A stretch of 64,000 bases of DNA from NCBI GenBank assembly GCA_964016885.1, contig OZ024740.1, forward strand, positions 54,870,001 to 54,934,000, in the 5' to 3' direction. Origin of the DNA: Eledone cirrhosa. Lineage: Eukaryota. The notes under the pieces are model-generated. The model ran no database searches and was not told the origin of the DNA. It was given only the letters and a program-made list of their open reading frames with translations. A program made the translations under genes and the position numbers. This document shows, one piece after another, positions 29,384-43,254 of this stretch (positions are counted from its first letter, which is position 1; every line of letters starts with the position of its first letter).

Positions 29384-29678
29384 TTATTTGGTTCCTTTAC
29401 CGGTTGCGCAGTTCTTCTGCTTTTCAAAAGTAGAGTTGAGGTGGAGGGTCTGTGGTTTTTCTCTCATGTGAGAAAAACCACAGACCCTCCATCTCAATTC
29501 TACTTTTGAAAAGCAGAAGAACTGCGAAACCGGTAAAGGACCCAAATAAATATATATATATTATTTTTAAATAAGACTCCAGTTGCATTTTCGATATCAT
29601 CTTTTTTCATTATACTTTCACTCGTGTAGGACACCTCAGTTATTTTTCATTTTGTAAAAAAATCCTCACTTACTAATA
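29378..29678. mobile_element. Fold-back copy of the U3-A8 hammerhead family in (TA)n
   Basis: 29378-29465 is inverted relative to 29468-29553; same family at 45565-45797 and 61113-61642. Confidence 0.8.
29503..29538 (+). ncRNA. Minimal type-I hammerhead ribozyme, U3-A8 covariant core
   Basis: CTT-TTGAAAA-GCAG AAGAA CTGC-GAAA-CCGG-T-A-AAG. Confidence 0.75.
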
Positions 29679-29705
29679 ATAATAGTAATAATATATATAT
29701 ATATA

Positions 29706-29843
29706 ACGAAGGAATTGTGGTAAGGAACCAGATGGACCATAACACACCAGAGTACTCAATACTTAGGGTAGTAGAGTGGGTAATAGGAAAAAGTATGACC
29801 CCAACGGCAGAGCTCAAGCCGTTTCGACGGCAATTTCTGGACT
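29706..29843 (-). mobile_element. Repeat family B, single copy
   Basis: Full ~140-bp unit ending in (TA)n. Confidence 0.8.
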
Positions 29844-29886
29844 AACAAACACACACACACGCACACACACTCTGTGTATATATATA

Positions 29887-29946
<60 letters not shown>

Positions 29947-29976
29947 GAGTGTGTGTGTGTGTGTTTGTGTGAGAGA

Positions 29977-30074
<98 letters not shown>

Positions 30075-30086
30075 AAAGAGAGAATA

Positions 30087-30363
30087 AGAAGTCAGATTTG
30101 CAGCTTGTTATGAATCTTTTTTGCATATTACAATTGTTTTGATATCGATCAGCTCAGGTTTGATCAGGCGATTGGATCTCGACTCTTAATCAACACTTCT
30201 TCAAATATGCGAGTTTAGATCGGTGGTAAAGTATAGTCGCATACCCGAAGAAATTTCGATTAAGAGTCCTGATCCGATCGCCTGACCAAACATGAGCTGA
30301 TCGATATGGAAACAATTGTTATATGCAATAAAGTTTCATATCAAGCTGCAAATCTGACTTCTC
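30087..30363. mobile_element. Fold-back repeat (~128-bp arms) with an extended-stem-II hammerhead in each arm
   Basis: AGAAGTCAGATTTGCAGCTTG at the left mirrors CAAGCTGCAAATCTGACTTCT at the right. Confidence 0.78.
30239..30326 (+). ncRNA. Type-I hammerhead-like fold with ~57-nt stem II domain (mirror copy at 30123-30210, minus)
   Basis: GCATA(C/T)-(C/T)(C/T)GAAGA-[..TCGATTA..TGATCGA..]-GAAA-CAATTG-T-(T/A)-ATATGC. Confidence 0.6.
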
Positions 30364-30521
30364 ATTGTCACTCTATATACACACTCTGCAAAACACAGCC
30401 GCCTTAAACCTGGAACATAACCCAACGAGAGGCGGACCCTGTAAGAGCATCGATTGCTTCGATCAGCGTAGCCGCTAGTAACAACATATATATATGTATA
30501 TAAATATTACAATATTACTCT

Positions 30522-31196
30522 ATTATATGTTCCAGCCGAGAGCCTAAGGCCATGTTGGGGCACGGCCATCGATGCTGCACTTTCTCTTGTCTACCTTCCC
30601 TGGTTGTCCAGTGATGCAAAGGAGAAGTGGTTGCTGCTGCTATTGTTAGTGCTTCGCCTCCTGCTGTGGGTACATCGGGGATCTTGGTCAGTAGAATGTC
30701 GAGATTTACATGCACACAATGTAGATATCTTAGATTTGTTGTCCTATTTAAAAGCGAGGGGTCCATTGTAGTATGTTCCTTATTCTCGATACGACAGTGG
30801 CGTTCTGTTCCTGGGCTGGTCCTGCCACCAATGCAGAAGATTGATGCTAACACTTCCAGGATCTTCCATATGTATATCACTGCGTATATCTACCATCTCC
30901 CCTCCAGGGACTAACGCTTTATTTACTTCAGCCTCTCCCAGTAGTTCATCTCTTACATTCAGGAAATCGTCTTGTAGCTTCGTTAGATTTCTTCAATTGC
31001 TGTAGTCAGTTTGACACCGTGGGGCGACCAAAGTGAGAGCAATTGTCAAATCGGTTGAGGACAAAAGGCCTCCATAGAAGCAACATGGTTTCTGGGTCTC
31101 TTGCCCTGAATGTCCTCAGAATCCATCCCGTCAGTCATCTGTACATTGGCGACATATTGGTGATGTGTGCATGAAACGATCCAGCATTGCTCATGT
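30522..31196 (-). mobile_element. CR1/L2-group LINE 3' fragment
   Basis: GWILRTFRARDPETMLLLWRPFVLNRFDNCS, MNYWERLK and IYIWKILE motifs; a related 3' tip lies at ~25462-25507. Confidence 0.78.
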
Positions 31197-31308
31197 CAAT
31201 ATATACAAATATAAATATATATATATATAATACAAACACACACACACACATATATATATATATGTATATATATATAGAAGTGGTTACACAACAGTTAGTT
31301 CACCATAC

Positions 31309-31346
31309 CGAGAACAATTGTTTCACCTTAGCGGATCCTCAGCTCG
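31309..31346 (-). ncRNA. Minimal type-I hammerhead ribozyme, canonical core
   Basis: Minus strand CGAG-CTGAGGA-T-CC GCTAA GG-T-GAAA-CAATTG-T-T-CTCG; island between (TA)n and (TG)n; same family at 45314-45451. Confidence 0.8.
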
Positions 31347-31455
<109 letters not shown>

Positions 31456-32120
31456 TGTGTGTGTGTGCGCGTGTGGGCGTGTGTGTGTGTGTGTGTGTGA
31501 GTGTCTATGTGTGTGTGTACTTACATATATATACTTATATACATTCATTTATATATATATGTATGTGTGTATGTGTGTGTTTGTTTGTGTGTGTGTGTGC
31601 GAACGAAGAATGACAAACATATTTACAACAATAAAGAGTATTAAAAATTGGGAGTATTAAAAACTGGAAGAGTATTAAAAATTCAGATAGACTTTGTACA
31701 TTCTTTATTTAAAAACTCCAACAAAGTTTCCAAGAGCTATGGGCTAGCCTCTTATATGATATGCGAAACATAGACTCTAATATCACTCATATTTGTCCCA
31801 GCTTGTCTTAATTTCAATATAAATATGGTAAATATATCTGCCATATGAACAGTACATTTATAAATTGAATATTATCTCCCGCCATCCTCATATCATTCCA
31901 TTTGTGATTTAATATATATTTTTTTCTAAGATGAGCCTAATGTTCCAGTTTTTGAATTGAAAGAAATGCATTATTTTTATATCAAAATGATTAATGTTAG
32001 TACTCTGTAAAGGTAGCCCCACTGATATCATAACTTTCGTTTACATAGCGGTAGGTGTGTATATAAATATATATATATATATGTATGTATGTATGTATAC
32101 ACACACACACAATCACACAT

Positions 32121-32160
<40 letters not shown>

Positions 32161-32618
32161 AGATAGATAGGCAGATTGAGAGAGAGGTAGGTAGGTAGAT
32201 AGAGAGATATATAGATAGGTAGGTAGGTAGATATATGTGTGAGAATAAATAAATATATATACACACACACATACATATATAATATATACTTACATTTGAG
32301 CTCGGAAGGAAATTCTCTATTCTTCTTTGAGCTAATAATACGATTATTATTATTATTACAGTGAACTGCGGAATACTCTTAATTCCAATTTTTGTATAAT
32401 TAATGAGCTCCAAATTGTTGAGCTAATAATTCGCATGGTTGGGCTGCACTTTCTAGCATCTTTCCCAACCATGAGAGCCATTATTTGATTCGAATAACAC
32501 GTGATTTCGCCCACTCTGGCTCGCGTGTCTATTTGCAATCTCTCTAGCTAAGAAGGTTAGATGTACAGATTTCAGTCTCGCATTTTGCTGACTGATGATC
32601 CATGTGGACTGTTATCTG

Positions 32619-32682
32619 CACATATAGGTGGTGACACATATAGGTGGTGACACATATAGATGGTGACACATATAAGTGGTGA
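32619..32682 (+). repeat. 16-bp minisatellite, 4 copies (CACATATAGGTGGTGA)
   Basis: Directly visible. Confidence 0.9.
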
Positions 32683-32891
32683 AACGAAAAACTAGGTTCG
32701 TATCAGCAAAATATAGTTATAAGGTTTGTGATTTAAAATTCCAATCCAGAGATTTGATTCTGATCTGGTTTTTTTCTATTTAATTGCTTACCTGTAGATA
32801 TTGTTTCCTATACAGTAACGGTAAAATCACTTGTAATAATTCTTTACACACTTCTCACCGTGTAACACATTTCTCTTTGTGTAATATATAC

Positions 32892-32924
<33 letters not shown>

Positions 32925-33091
32925 AGAGGTTATATTTAATTTGTTGGGATACAACAAGCAAAATATTGTTATAACTAATATAAAGCACTCAACAAATTAT
33001 TGGAGTAAATTACTATCCAGGAGATTCCAACCAGAATGGTTGCATTTTTTAAGGGTATGTCAATATTTATTTATAAAACTAACCTATATTA

Positions 33092-33157
33092 TATTTTATC
33101 TGATGAAAGCGTACCATAATTTGCTCTGTTGGCCCTTGAAATATGTATTATGAAATA
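33092..33157 (+). ncRNA. Type-I hammerhead-like fold, AT-rich
   Basis: TATTTTAT-CTGATGA-AAG..CTT-GAAA-TATGTA-T-T-ATGAAATA; lies in an island bounded by (TA)n. Confidence 0.55.
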
Positions 33158-35574
33158 AATATGGTTTTATAAATATAGTTTTCATTTGTTAATATATATA
33201 TATATATATATATATACATTCATGTGTGTATATATATATATGTATATATGTCTATATTCAACGATGTTGTTATTCGTCTTTCTTTAACAGCATGTCGTTC
33301 TTTTATCCTATGATCAAATGTATTCCATCTATGACTCTTCGTCTATGTTTTTAATTTTTAGGCATAGTGTACATTATGCAATGCGTATTTTCCTTTAAAA
33401 GTGTCTCGTTTTGAGAGTGATTCAGTGTCTATTTCTAACAGACTCAGCCCCCTTCTCGGCTCGGATAAGTATAACTATACAATACATGATACAGCTAGCT
33501 GTTTGGGAAGCAAATTAATTACAATAATCGATTACAACGACACCAGTTTTATATTAGTACTACTTCCTTTCTAAATTGATTAAAAGGGAATTATGTCTTA
33601 TTCAAATTTGAACTCGGATTTGGGCGCGCCAATCTAAATGTATTTATGTTTGTAATTCGGGGCTCTCATGCGACACTTTTCATCTTATCTAATATTGATT
33701 TCTAATATAGGCAATTAGCCTTTCCTCAATTCGAGATCGATAAATAAAGTACCAGACCAAGGGCGATTGATTGGAAGAAGCTAGGTGATCAGATTCAAAT
33801 CTCGTGAGGATTTGCGAATGCCAGATATATTGAGCAATAGAAAGATCAATGTAATCATACTTTCCTTTGTCTGATCTGACAAAGAATAAGAACATTGTTG
33901 ACAAAATACGTTCCAATGATGTTGATAATTCGAACACATTTCATCAGCCTCTTAATCCGTGTAAAGATAAAAGATGAAATATAATTCGGTGATTTGAACG
34001 GGGGGAGATTTATAAATTATTCTACCAATATACAGCCCAGCTAAAATCATTTATTTATTTTTCTGGCTTGATTACAGTAACTCACATTCAGAGGTGCGGA
34101 AAACTAATCGATTCTCCCAATACAACAACCTGATCAAATTAGTTATTGATTTTTGACATGAGTATAATACATCAAATTCAAAGGGAGAATTGTAATCGAT
34201 TCAAACAATATCACCCAGATCAATTGTGATATTATTTCCTGACATAACACGTCATATTCAGAAGTGTGGAGTTTTAGTCAAATCCACTATTCTATTGCTA
34301 TGATCAAATATATCTATTTCTTCATGACTACATTATCTTACATTTAGGTGAGTATACTCTATTTTACTAATATATTGCCCTGATGAAATATGATAATGAT
34401 TCTTGGCATATTACTATTGGTGAATACACTTTGGCAATGAGCATTCGATTCTTCGATCAACTGAACGTCCAAATAAGGAATTTGCAGACTTGTTAACGTG
34501 TCGGGTAGGTGGTCGTTTATTCAACGACATTTGACGTATCTCCGAAACTTAATCAATATGACATAATATATGTTCTGTTTTACTTCATTTCCATCACAAC
34601 ACATAGGTTGACCCGAGGCTATGATGATGTCATTTGTCAAAATGCCACTCTGTGAAATCAAATGCCAGCAAAGCAAACACATTTAAATTTAGACATAGCA
34701 GCACAAATCTGTTAAATCCCATGCCTTATTAAGACAGATAAGGTAAACCTAAATAAAACTTAATAAGATATGGCGAAATAAGCATGTCTAGAAAGCGTTT
34801 CATTATATGTCACTCCGCTAGAGTTGGTCTGGGTCTAAATAATCGTTTCCAATTTAAGGCAAAAGGTCAGCAGTTTTGAAGAGGGGAAAGTTGATTAAAT
34901 TAGCTCCAGTAATTAACCGGTATATTATTTTATCGACTCCGGTATAACGAAAGACAAAGTTGAGATTGGAACTCATTACGGTGAGAGACAGACCCTTGTG
35001 TCAAATAATACAATCTACAAAGACAACATGAACTGATTTGCTAAAGCGTGAGTTTCTACATGGTCTCCCAATTTGCTAGAAGATGCAGCCGAGTTTTAAC
35101 ATTAACTCCGACCATCTCAAATAAAGAAGGCACAATTTAGATAATGTAGGCTAACATACCTTACACGATGTGGGGGTTGTTACGGTTGTTATTCCTTAAT
35201 CGTATGCTTGTTGGAACAGGTTTGATCTCAGACTAAGAACAACGATAAACAATCTCCAGTGATAAAAAATACGGACAACATCTATTCAACTGTTTGCCTT
35301 ATTTTGAAAACTGGTAGATATACAATGTATTCCATGACAGTCCCTTAACATGTGATATGTTGTATTTAATGTATATTTGTAAAGTATATTTTATACAGAT
35401 GTAATAATAACATATCCTTTCCTTGACACAAGGCCCTATATTTTGAGACCGCTCCCAGTACTTGATTGTTACCATTTTTTATTGGGCTCTGGGAGGAACG
35501 AATTAGTGAATGTCGAAATTCGATTCAGAAATGTTTAGTGGGTTTGCGAAAAATGTTACATAGAAATAGAATGA

Positions 35575-36160
35575 AGTGAAAAATAGCAGTTAGCTCACTG
35601 TGTAGGATTTGTGGGGAGAGAGAGTGGAGACTGTGGCTCACATCGTATCCGTGTGTAAACACCTAAACCAGACTCACTATAAAGGCTTGAGGCATGATAT
35701 AATAGGAAAGGTGATTCACTGGCATTTATGCAAACTGATTAATTTACAACATTCTGAGCCAGAGTCAATGATAGTAAACGATCAAGTGAAGGTGCTATGG
35801 GATTTCAGGATACAAACGGACAAGAAATTAGAACACAATAGTCCTGACCTGATGGTTTTTGACAAGGAAAAAAGATTGTGCCTTTTTGTAGACGTACCCT
35901 GCTTCTTTCACACAAGAGTGCAAGAAAAGGAGAAAGAGAAAATTAACCGATACCAGGATTTAAAGTGGGAGTTAAAAAGGATTTGGGACAGTCATAAGAT
36001 GAAGGTCGTCTTGATTGTCATAGGAGCACTAGGTACTATCTCAAAGAGTTTTCAAGGATGGTTAAAGAACATTAGTCCAGCCCTCGTTTTTGGAACACTT
36101 CAAAAGGCATGCTTGCTGGGAACAGCAAGAACCTCCGATACATCCTGAATATCTGAGGCC
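35575..36160 (+). mobile_element. R4/Dong-like non-LTR 3' end (CCHC knuckle + RLE)
   Basis: ORF 35609-36148: ETVAHIVSVC, RHD, KVLWDFRIQTD, PDLMVFD, KYQDL-like RYQDL, IVIGALG, LQKACLLGTAR. Confidence 0.9.
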
Positions 36161-36249
36161 CCAATAGGAGGATAACCACACAGGGTTGACTCAGTTAACC
36201 CACCAATCCTGAACCAAACGACGCTACGAGGGCACTCGGGAAAAAACAC

Positions 36250-39227
36250 CCCTCCTCCTCAAATTAGCCAGCCTACAGGAGCACGATCAGAGTAGGCCCA
36301 CTCACACGGGCTATTCTCGCCACATTCATCCACCTTTCAGAAGATGTACTGCGGAGCAGCACTTCTCTCTCCAACCTCATCTTCCTTTCCAATTAAAATT
36401 AAAAAAAGGTCTATGAGGGATTGGCCGAAGAGAAAAGTGTATGTCTTCAATCCTTTCAACCTGGTCCGCCATACAACTTCTTTCGCTACTGCCACCAGAC
36501 AGAGGAAAATTGCCTGCCGTTTTGGGGGAAAAGAAGGCGGCAGGTCGATCTTCATTATGGAATGACGGAGCCATTCTGCACGCGACAACAGTTGTTCGAC
36601 ATAACTCCACAAGTCAGTAATGCATGGACGACAACATTCCAGATGCCAGTCATACAGTCTCGGTCTCTTCTTGACTCAGGGCTGCGGCTCAATCAAAGAG
36701 ATGAGTTGCAGAAAGGCCCGTCTGACAAACGGCGACCACACCTGTTCACTGTTTAGGCAGAATATCTGGAGATGCCGCAGCCTCAGCGCAGGTCTGCGCA
36801 TCATTATCCACGGCATCCCCAGCCCTCTACGTAGGTGCTAGCAGCAGATGGACCGCCTCACAAACGGAAACTGTCCCCTCTATAAGAATCTCAGGAGGAG
36901 CCGTTCTAACTTGACAAGGCGCGGACGGGGGAAAGGCACGACGGTCATGTGGTAGTAGATGACGGATGCGATGTACTTATTCCCCACCTCCACCTGACCT
37001 TTCAGTGATATCTTCCTCGCAGCCCATTTCTGTGTGAGACTGGCTACCCTGCTCGTACCTCGTCCCAATTCGTACCCACCTGGAGGTCTGGTCCGAACCA
37101 AACACCGAGCAACAGTACCGGTCCACCCCTCCAACGCTGAATGATGCTGTTGAACGGCATGGACTTACCTATCCAGGTGCCGATCTGCAAGTCCACAGAC
37201 TTTTCCCGGTTAAGTTTCGCTCCCTTCAACCTTTCATATTCCTCCTATAAGGTACCGACAACCTTGATTTTCGAGGTGTTTGACACCATCACGGTGATGA
37301 TGTTCGCATAAGCCGATACAACATTTCCGCGTCCCGCTTCAACCTGGATGCCCTGCAACAGCTCCAGCCTCCGCAGTCAATACTGGAAAGTCAATACGTA
37401 CAGAAGGGAGGAGAAAGGGCAACCTTGACGGACAGATCGGGATATCTGAGACAGTTCAGAGAGGTGGCCATTCACTTTGACCACCGAACAGATGTCGCTG
37501 CGCATTTTACCTCCAGGTACCGATGATCGACCCTATCGAATTGATCCGAGCCCAACTGAAGCCAAGTTTACACCCTACCCACTCTATGATGTATTGCATG
37601 TGGTGGAGGTTGTCGTGTATGGACCTGGTCGGGATTGCGCAATATGCGCCTCTCCAACCAGATCTTTTACGACAAGCACCAACCTCTTCGCTAACACCTT
37701 GGCCAAAATCTTAAACTATGTGTTGTCTAATGTGTCCCTCTTGTTCTTGTATTTCCTTCTCAGCGTCCATACGCCCCGGCTCACAGAACTGGGAATGCTC
37801 CCGTTCTGCTGCCAGTTGCATTAGAGCACTCCGGGGAGATGGGAGAACAAGCATGGCATATTTACGTAAAGCTCGTAGGGCAAACCATCTAAACAGGGTG
37901 ACTTGCGCCTCATGCAGCTGACAAAAGCATCCTGAATTTCGGCTGAAGTAAACGGCCTTTCGCAGCGCTGAGAGTCGGCCGTCGAGAATTGCGGCAAACC
38001 ATCGTTTGTAAGGACTGAAGTCCGTCACCATCTCTGACCCGCCATACTCCAGAACAGCCGAGCAAAATGCTGACGAAAGGCCTCACACATCCGCTTGGAA
38101 TCGCTCAGCTCGTCTCCGTTTCGGTCCGTCAAAGACCGAATCGTGGTTTTATTACCACGCTACGCCTTTGCCACGAGGGTCCATCGAACTGCTTTGGTTC
38201 CCTCGTTTCTCAGACATGCGCCTTAGCTCTGACAATGCAACCTTCGTGTTTCGGATTGAAGAAATAGTCTATTGCCATTCTCGCCGCTAGCACGTCAGTT
38301 GCAATGCCCCTACAAATAGCCCCGTCTAACTTAGTTATCAGCTCCCCCTCCTTTATATAATTCTCTAACGCTGCTTCTTTGCTAAACCCTATCGAAATTA
38401 CTCTAATGTCTCTTTTGAGAGACCCACCTCCTGTTGTTGACGACCCCCTCACCCTATCAACTTTTGCTTAACTAAATTGTTGACCGAGTCCCTGTAAGTC
38501 TTAGTTGCCGAAAACGGCATATTTATCTTCCAGTAACAAGGTCCTAACCTACGCGCCTTATCTAGGTCGACCATTCAGATCACAAACTTGTGATCTGAAT
38601 AGGCGACCGTTTTAAAGCCTACACTATTTCTATATATTTTCCTAATGAAAATCCTGTCTATGAATGATCTAGATAACCCTTTGCGGTTGGTCCAGGTCCA
38701 CACTGGCGCATTAGGGAAATCTGTCAGAAAGTTGGAACTAGCTGATCGGGTACTTGAGGCTTATGCACCCCCAAAATTCCAGTGTGCATCTAGATGCCGT
38801 TGCAGTCCAACGCTAACAGTAAAGGGTGAGACGTACACAGGAAGGCTTCCAGGCATCTAAAGAAGTCCGGCCGTCCGTCCCCGGTAGGAGTGTAGACGGC
38901 CACAAGTCTAAAGGCACCAACATTGCTATTCCTCACGTTCACGACCACCAACTTACCGTCCGGTTCCCGGAAGAACGACCATACCTCAAGATCCAGGCCT
39001 TTCCTAAACAAAACTGGCACTCCAGCTTCCTTTCCCGGCCGACTAACAGATGCGAAGATCTGATAGTCATCGAAAATGGGGGCTAGTACGCGCGTGTCCA
39101 AAATCCTGGTCTCGTTGACGGCAATTACATACATTTCTAGAGACCTGAGGTCGTTGAGCAGGCGACCCTGCTTCCAGGATGACCCCAAACCACGAATATT
39201 TAAACATCCTACTATTAATATGGCCAT
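36250..39227 (-). pseudogene. ORF2 (APE endonuclease + RT), with multiple stops, frameshifts and internal deletions
   Basis: GCLNIRGL..VIAVNETR..LVAVYTP (APE); VRQGCPFSSLLYVL and SAYANI (decayed YADD); GAKLNREKS; LLGVWF. Confidence 0.85.
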
Positions 39228-39239
39228 GTTGGCAGGTTA

Positions 39240-41198
39240 AAGGAGAAAGGAAAGGTTTACTTCCCTTCCAGAGTCTTGTGGAGGTTGGGCGGTTTGACCT
39301 CTATGGTTGGTGGGGTTTCCATTGGGAACCCTTTTAGGACCCTACTCATGGCTTTTACATAAGTGGTCCCCCACGTCGCCGGGAAAGCTCTGCGTAATAT
39401 TTTTATAAGTTTGTATTGACATCAGCACCAATCGCAGAGTTCGGGGCACTTTGAGTGTGCAGGTACTATACATTTCTCACTCTTTCTCAATGTCTTGACT
39501 TTGTATTACAAGGGCCATGGGTTGTTTGTTGGCCATCCTTAGTAACACGAAGTTGGGTGTGTCTGTCGTTGTTGGTGTCTGCGTGTGTTTTCCTTTGTTT
39601 GTGATGACTTGTGCTTTTGTTGTTGGCGGTTGTGGGTGTGTCTGTATTTGCTGTGGCTGTGTTTTGTGTGCTTGTTGGTATGTGTGGAGCTGGAATTTTC
39701 TTTTTCTTTTTGTGCTTTCTTTTTTGCTTTTTAGCTCTGTGGTGTTCCCTCTCATCTTCACTCGTAGAAGTGAAGAAACCTTTTTGTCCGAGGGGAGTGG
39801 GAATGTATTTCCGTGTGTGTCCGTTTTAATCTGTGTGTATGTGTTTGAAAGAGGGGGAGAGGGCGAGTTTGTTTGGGCGACAACCTGATCCTTGTTGTTA
39901 ATGGTGACGTTTCATTTTCTGTTGCTGCTGGTATTGTCCCTCCTCCCGACACCAATGTTGGCAGCAACGGAGGTTTGCGGCCCTCTGCAGTTTTCAGTTG
40001 GGGGTAAAAGGCTCTCAGGTGTGTGGCTTCACAACACACGAAACAATGCGGCCGTTTTCCATCCATGGCTACCTGGATATCGTACCCCTCCGGTAATTTG
40101 ATGTGGCCCGGTATGTTTTTTATTTCCTCAGGTCTTATTTGGAGAATAATCTCCAAAGCAGTCCCAGACCACCTTTCTCTGTCTTTGTGAATTTAAAGTT
40201 GCGGAGGGTGTTAGGGCCCCCTCTACCACCATGCATCGCAGGAGCCACCATAAATCCAATCCTGGCGGAATCCTGGAGACATGGACAATTACTTTTCTCC
40301 TCCCTCTGTACGACGTGTACAAAATGATTTGGTCCATTTTGCAGGGGACCACATAATGTTTTATAGCTAGGGCCTCAGTTTTGCAAAGCACCAATATGCT
40401 TCCAAATGACCTGGCCCTTGTTATATAGTCTATGTCATAATTATCGATACATTTCAGTGCTGCCGCTACCTGTCCATCGGAGGCCTTCTCGGCTCTTTGA
40501 GATTTGACCGAAATGCATCGATATTTTAGAGTTCTCCTCTCCTTTGCTGCCATTGCCTCTGCCAAGACGTTTAAATTGTCCCAGCTTTTCTCCCTTCTAA
40601 TAATTGTTTTCTGCTTGGGCCAAATGTTCCTTTATGTCTGTAAGGTCAAAATCGTACAGCGCTTGGGTTTTTGCTACTGTGGCCGCGAAAGTACTCCTTT
40701 TGTTGAGTCCATTATTGTTGTCATTCTTTTTGTTGTTGCTGTTTTGCTGTTTTTCGTTGACTATAGTGTTGGTGGAGTTGCCGTTCTTGTTGTTGGTGGT
40801 GTTGTCATTATTGCAGTTGTTGGTGTTGTTGTCCTTGATCTTGTTGGTATTGTCGCTGTTGCAGTTTGTTGTATCTTTGGTGCCGCTGTTGTTGTTTTCA
40901 GTGCAATTGGTTTTGGTGCTGTCGCTTTTCATGTTCTTGTTGGTGGTGGTAATTTCGATGTTTTTGTTGTCATTGTTTCTGTTGTCTGTATTTTGGTTGT
41001 CGCTGTTACTGCTGTGGTTGGTGTTGTCATTTGTCTTAGGTTAGTGTTCTCACTGTTGCTGTTGTTGCTGTCGTTGTTCATATTATTTGCGGTGGTGTTT
41101 GTGGTATAAAGATTTGTGTTCGCCGTATCCTTCCCCTCAACGTTTAAGCCGATGTGACAAGACAGCAGACTTGCCACTGGGGGGCCTGGCTCAGCCAT
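39240..41198 (-). pseudogene. ORF1 (gag-like), frameshifted
   Basis: Starts MAEPGPP at 41198; N/T-rich N-terminus, TFAATV motif, decayed zinc knuckle CFVCCEATHLRAFYP. Confidence 0.7.
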
Positions 41199-41382
41199 GT
41201 TTTTTTTTCTCGATAATTTTTTTTTATACACAAAGTTCAAATATTTGGGCCAAAAGGCTCAGATACTATAGTGTCTCCCCTTTTGCAAAAAATATAGCAA
41301 CTAATACAATTGAAAAAAAATCTTGAAATTCACTACCTTATGGAGCTAAAAAAAAAACACGTCTTCACAGTCTGAAAGACAA

Positions 41383-41588
41383 TAATAATAATTGTTTCTA
41401 CTTTTTGCACAAGGCCAGCAATTATCCCAGTGCATTACTGGTACTTTATTTTATCGACCCCGTAAGGATGAAAGGCAAAGTTAACCTCGGCGGAATTTGA
41501 ACTCAGAACATAAAGGGACGTAACACTATGCTGCGTAGCAGGTTGTCCAACGCTCTACCGATTTCACCACTACCGATACTGCCACCAC
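41383..41588 (-). mobile_element. tRNA-derived SINE (same family as 18509)
   Basis: Near-identical core; (TTA)n tail. Confidence 0.88.
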
Positions 41589-41589
41589 T

Positions 41590-42510
41590 GAGAGGGAGAA
41601 GCGGGTCTCATTAGCTGTGAAATATGTTTGAAATCTGAGGAATATAATCTGGCATGGTATATAAAGAATTCAAAAGAATTCAAAAGAGAGATTGATGGTA
41701 AGAATGATAAAATGTCCTAAGCAGGGATGACGCAAAGGAAAATGAAGAATTGAAACATGACAGACGGAATGACACGTTGAATAGATATAAAGTAAAAATG
41801 TATGGTCAATTCTTGCGTGAAATGCCTGAGAATCTCTAAACTTAAACCCTTATTTCCGCAGCCCAGGTACAGGCACTGAGAAAGAACTATATTAAGTTCA
41901 ATATTGACAAGTCAGAAAATTCCCCACTTTGTGGGTTGTGTGGTGAGAAAGGTGAATCAATAAACCTCATTATTACAGAATGTAAGATGCTTGCTCAGAA
42001 AAAGTACAAGTATGACATGAACAGAAGTGAGAAATGGTAAGAGCACCAACCGGAAAGGGTTGCTGAAAACGAACAATATATGATCTTGTGAGACATGACG
42101 ATCCAGTGCGACCATTTTATTGTGGCTAGAAAGCCCATTGCTATCGTAGAAAAGAAGAACGAGGCATGTATTGTAGATATCGTTTCACAGGGAACCACAG
42201 AGTGAACAAGGCATGAATTATGGATATTGTTTCACCGGAGGACCACAGGATGAACAGGGCATGTATTGTGGATATTGTTTCACCGGGGGACCACAGGGTG
42301 AATGAGAAAGAAATTGAGAAAGTTGAGAAATATCAGGAGCTGAAGAGGGAAAACTGGAAACTTTGAAGAATCAGACATATAGAAGCAGTACCGATTGTGG
42401 GTGGCGCACTAAGAGGATAGATTCCTACAACAGGACTTCTGAAGATATATACGACTTTACAAAAAGGAAGTGAAACAAGGTAAAACCGTGCATTCCTCAA
42501 GACCTTTACT
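41590..42510 (+). mobile_element. R4/Dong-like non-LTR fragment
   Basis: KMYGQFLRE, AAQVQALRKNYIKFNIDK..PLCGLCGEKGESINLIITEC, EKVEKYQELKRE and VPIVGGAL motifs. Confidence 0.85.
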
Positions 42511-43254
42511 TCCACCCATCTGAAACACGAAGATATCAACACGATGGAACGAGAGAGCATTTACAGCGTCATGCATGACTTGTTACAAATAACAGCCAAA
42601 TCTCTCTCAACTTATATATATTTTCCGTTAACGTGATTATCTCGGTTTGTGAATTGGTTCCACGGAGATGTTGCTTCAATGGACATGCCGGAATCTTAGG
42701 CACAGAGGCCTGTTGCAGTTGACTGAATCTCGACAGAACAGGCTTCTCTTTAGGAAGGAAGGATATTAATCAATTTCTCTTGAAAAGGGAAAATGGGGTG
42801 TTCGGATATTTGTGCTGTTTCACAATTGTGTCAGCGTTTTACTTAAGTACATAAAACATGATATGACACTAAGACACAACAGACAACGAAGGAGATTCTA
42901 GTTTTTGGAGAGTCATTTGCTGCTTAAATGGAGAAAGGAAAGATCAATACCCATGACCATTTTCAAGGGGTCAGAGACAGGTGAGGGTAAATAAGAAGGT
43001 AACCGGGGTTTGGAATCCGTGTCTGGATGCTTGCCACTGGTAAGCAAAGGCTTCGTGGTGGTGTTAAACTGAACGACGGATTGCGGTTACTACCCAAATA
43101 GGCTACATCGATATTTGAACTCAATATGTAAAGAAACAGAAGAAATCACATATAGGACCAATGAGGTAATCATTTCATCAAATATATATATTGATTGTTT
43201 TGTTTATTATTTAACCCCATTTGTTATTTCATTGGTTTATTATTTTACAGTATT

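Larger units (their letters stand above)
36165..41375 (-). mobile_element. L1/Tx1-like non-LTR retrotransposon, near full length, decayed
   Basis: ORF1 remnant followed by an APE-RT ORF2; higher GC than the flanks. Confidence 0.88.

Noticed and set aside
30380-30480. Hairpin followed by CTAG|T as a Helitron 3' end
   Set aside because: The hairpin is only 5 bp, there is no identifiable 5' TC end and no second copy.
40504-41109. Hydrophobic V/L-rich ORFs resembling membrane proteins
   Set aside because: They are the antisense of the (AAC)-rich Tx1 ORF1 region.
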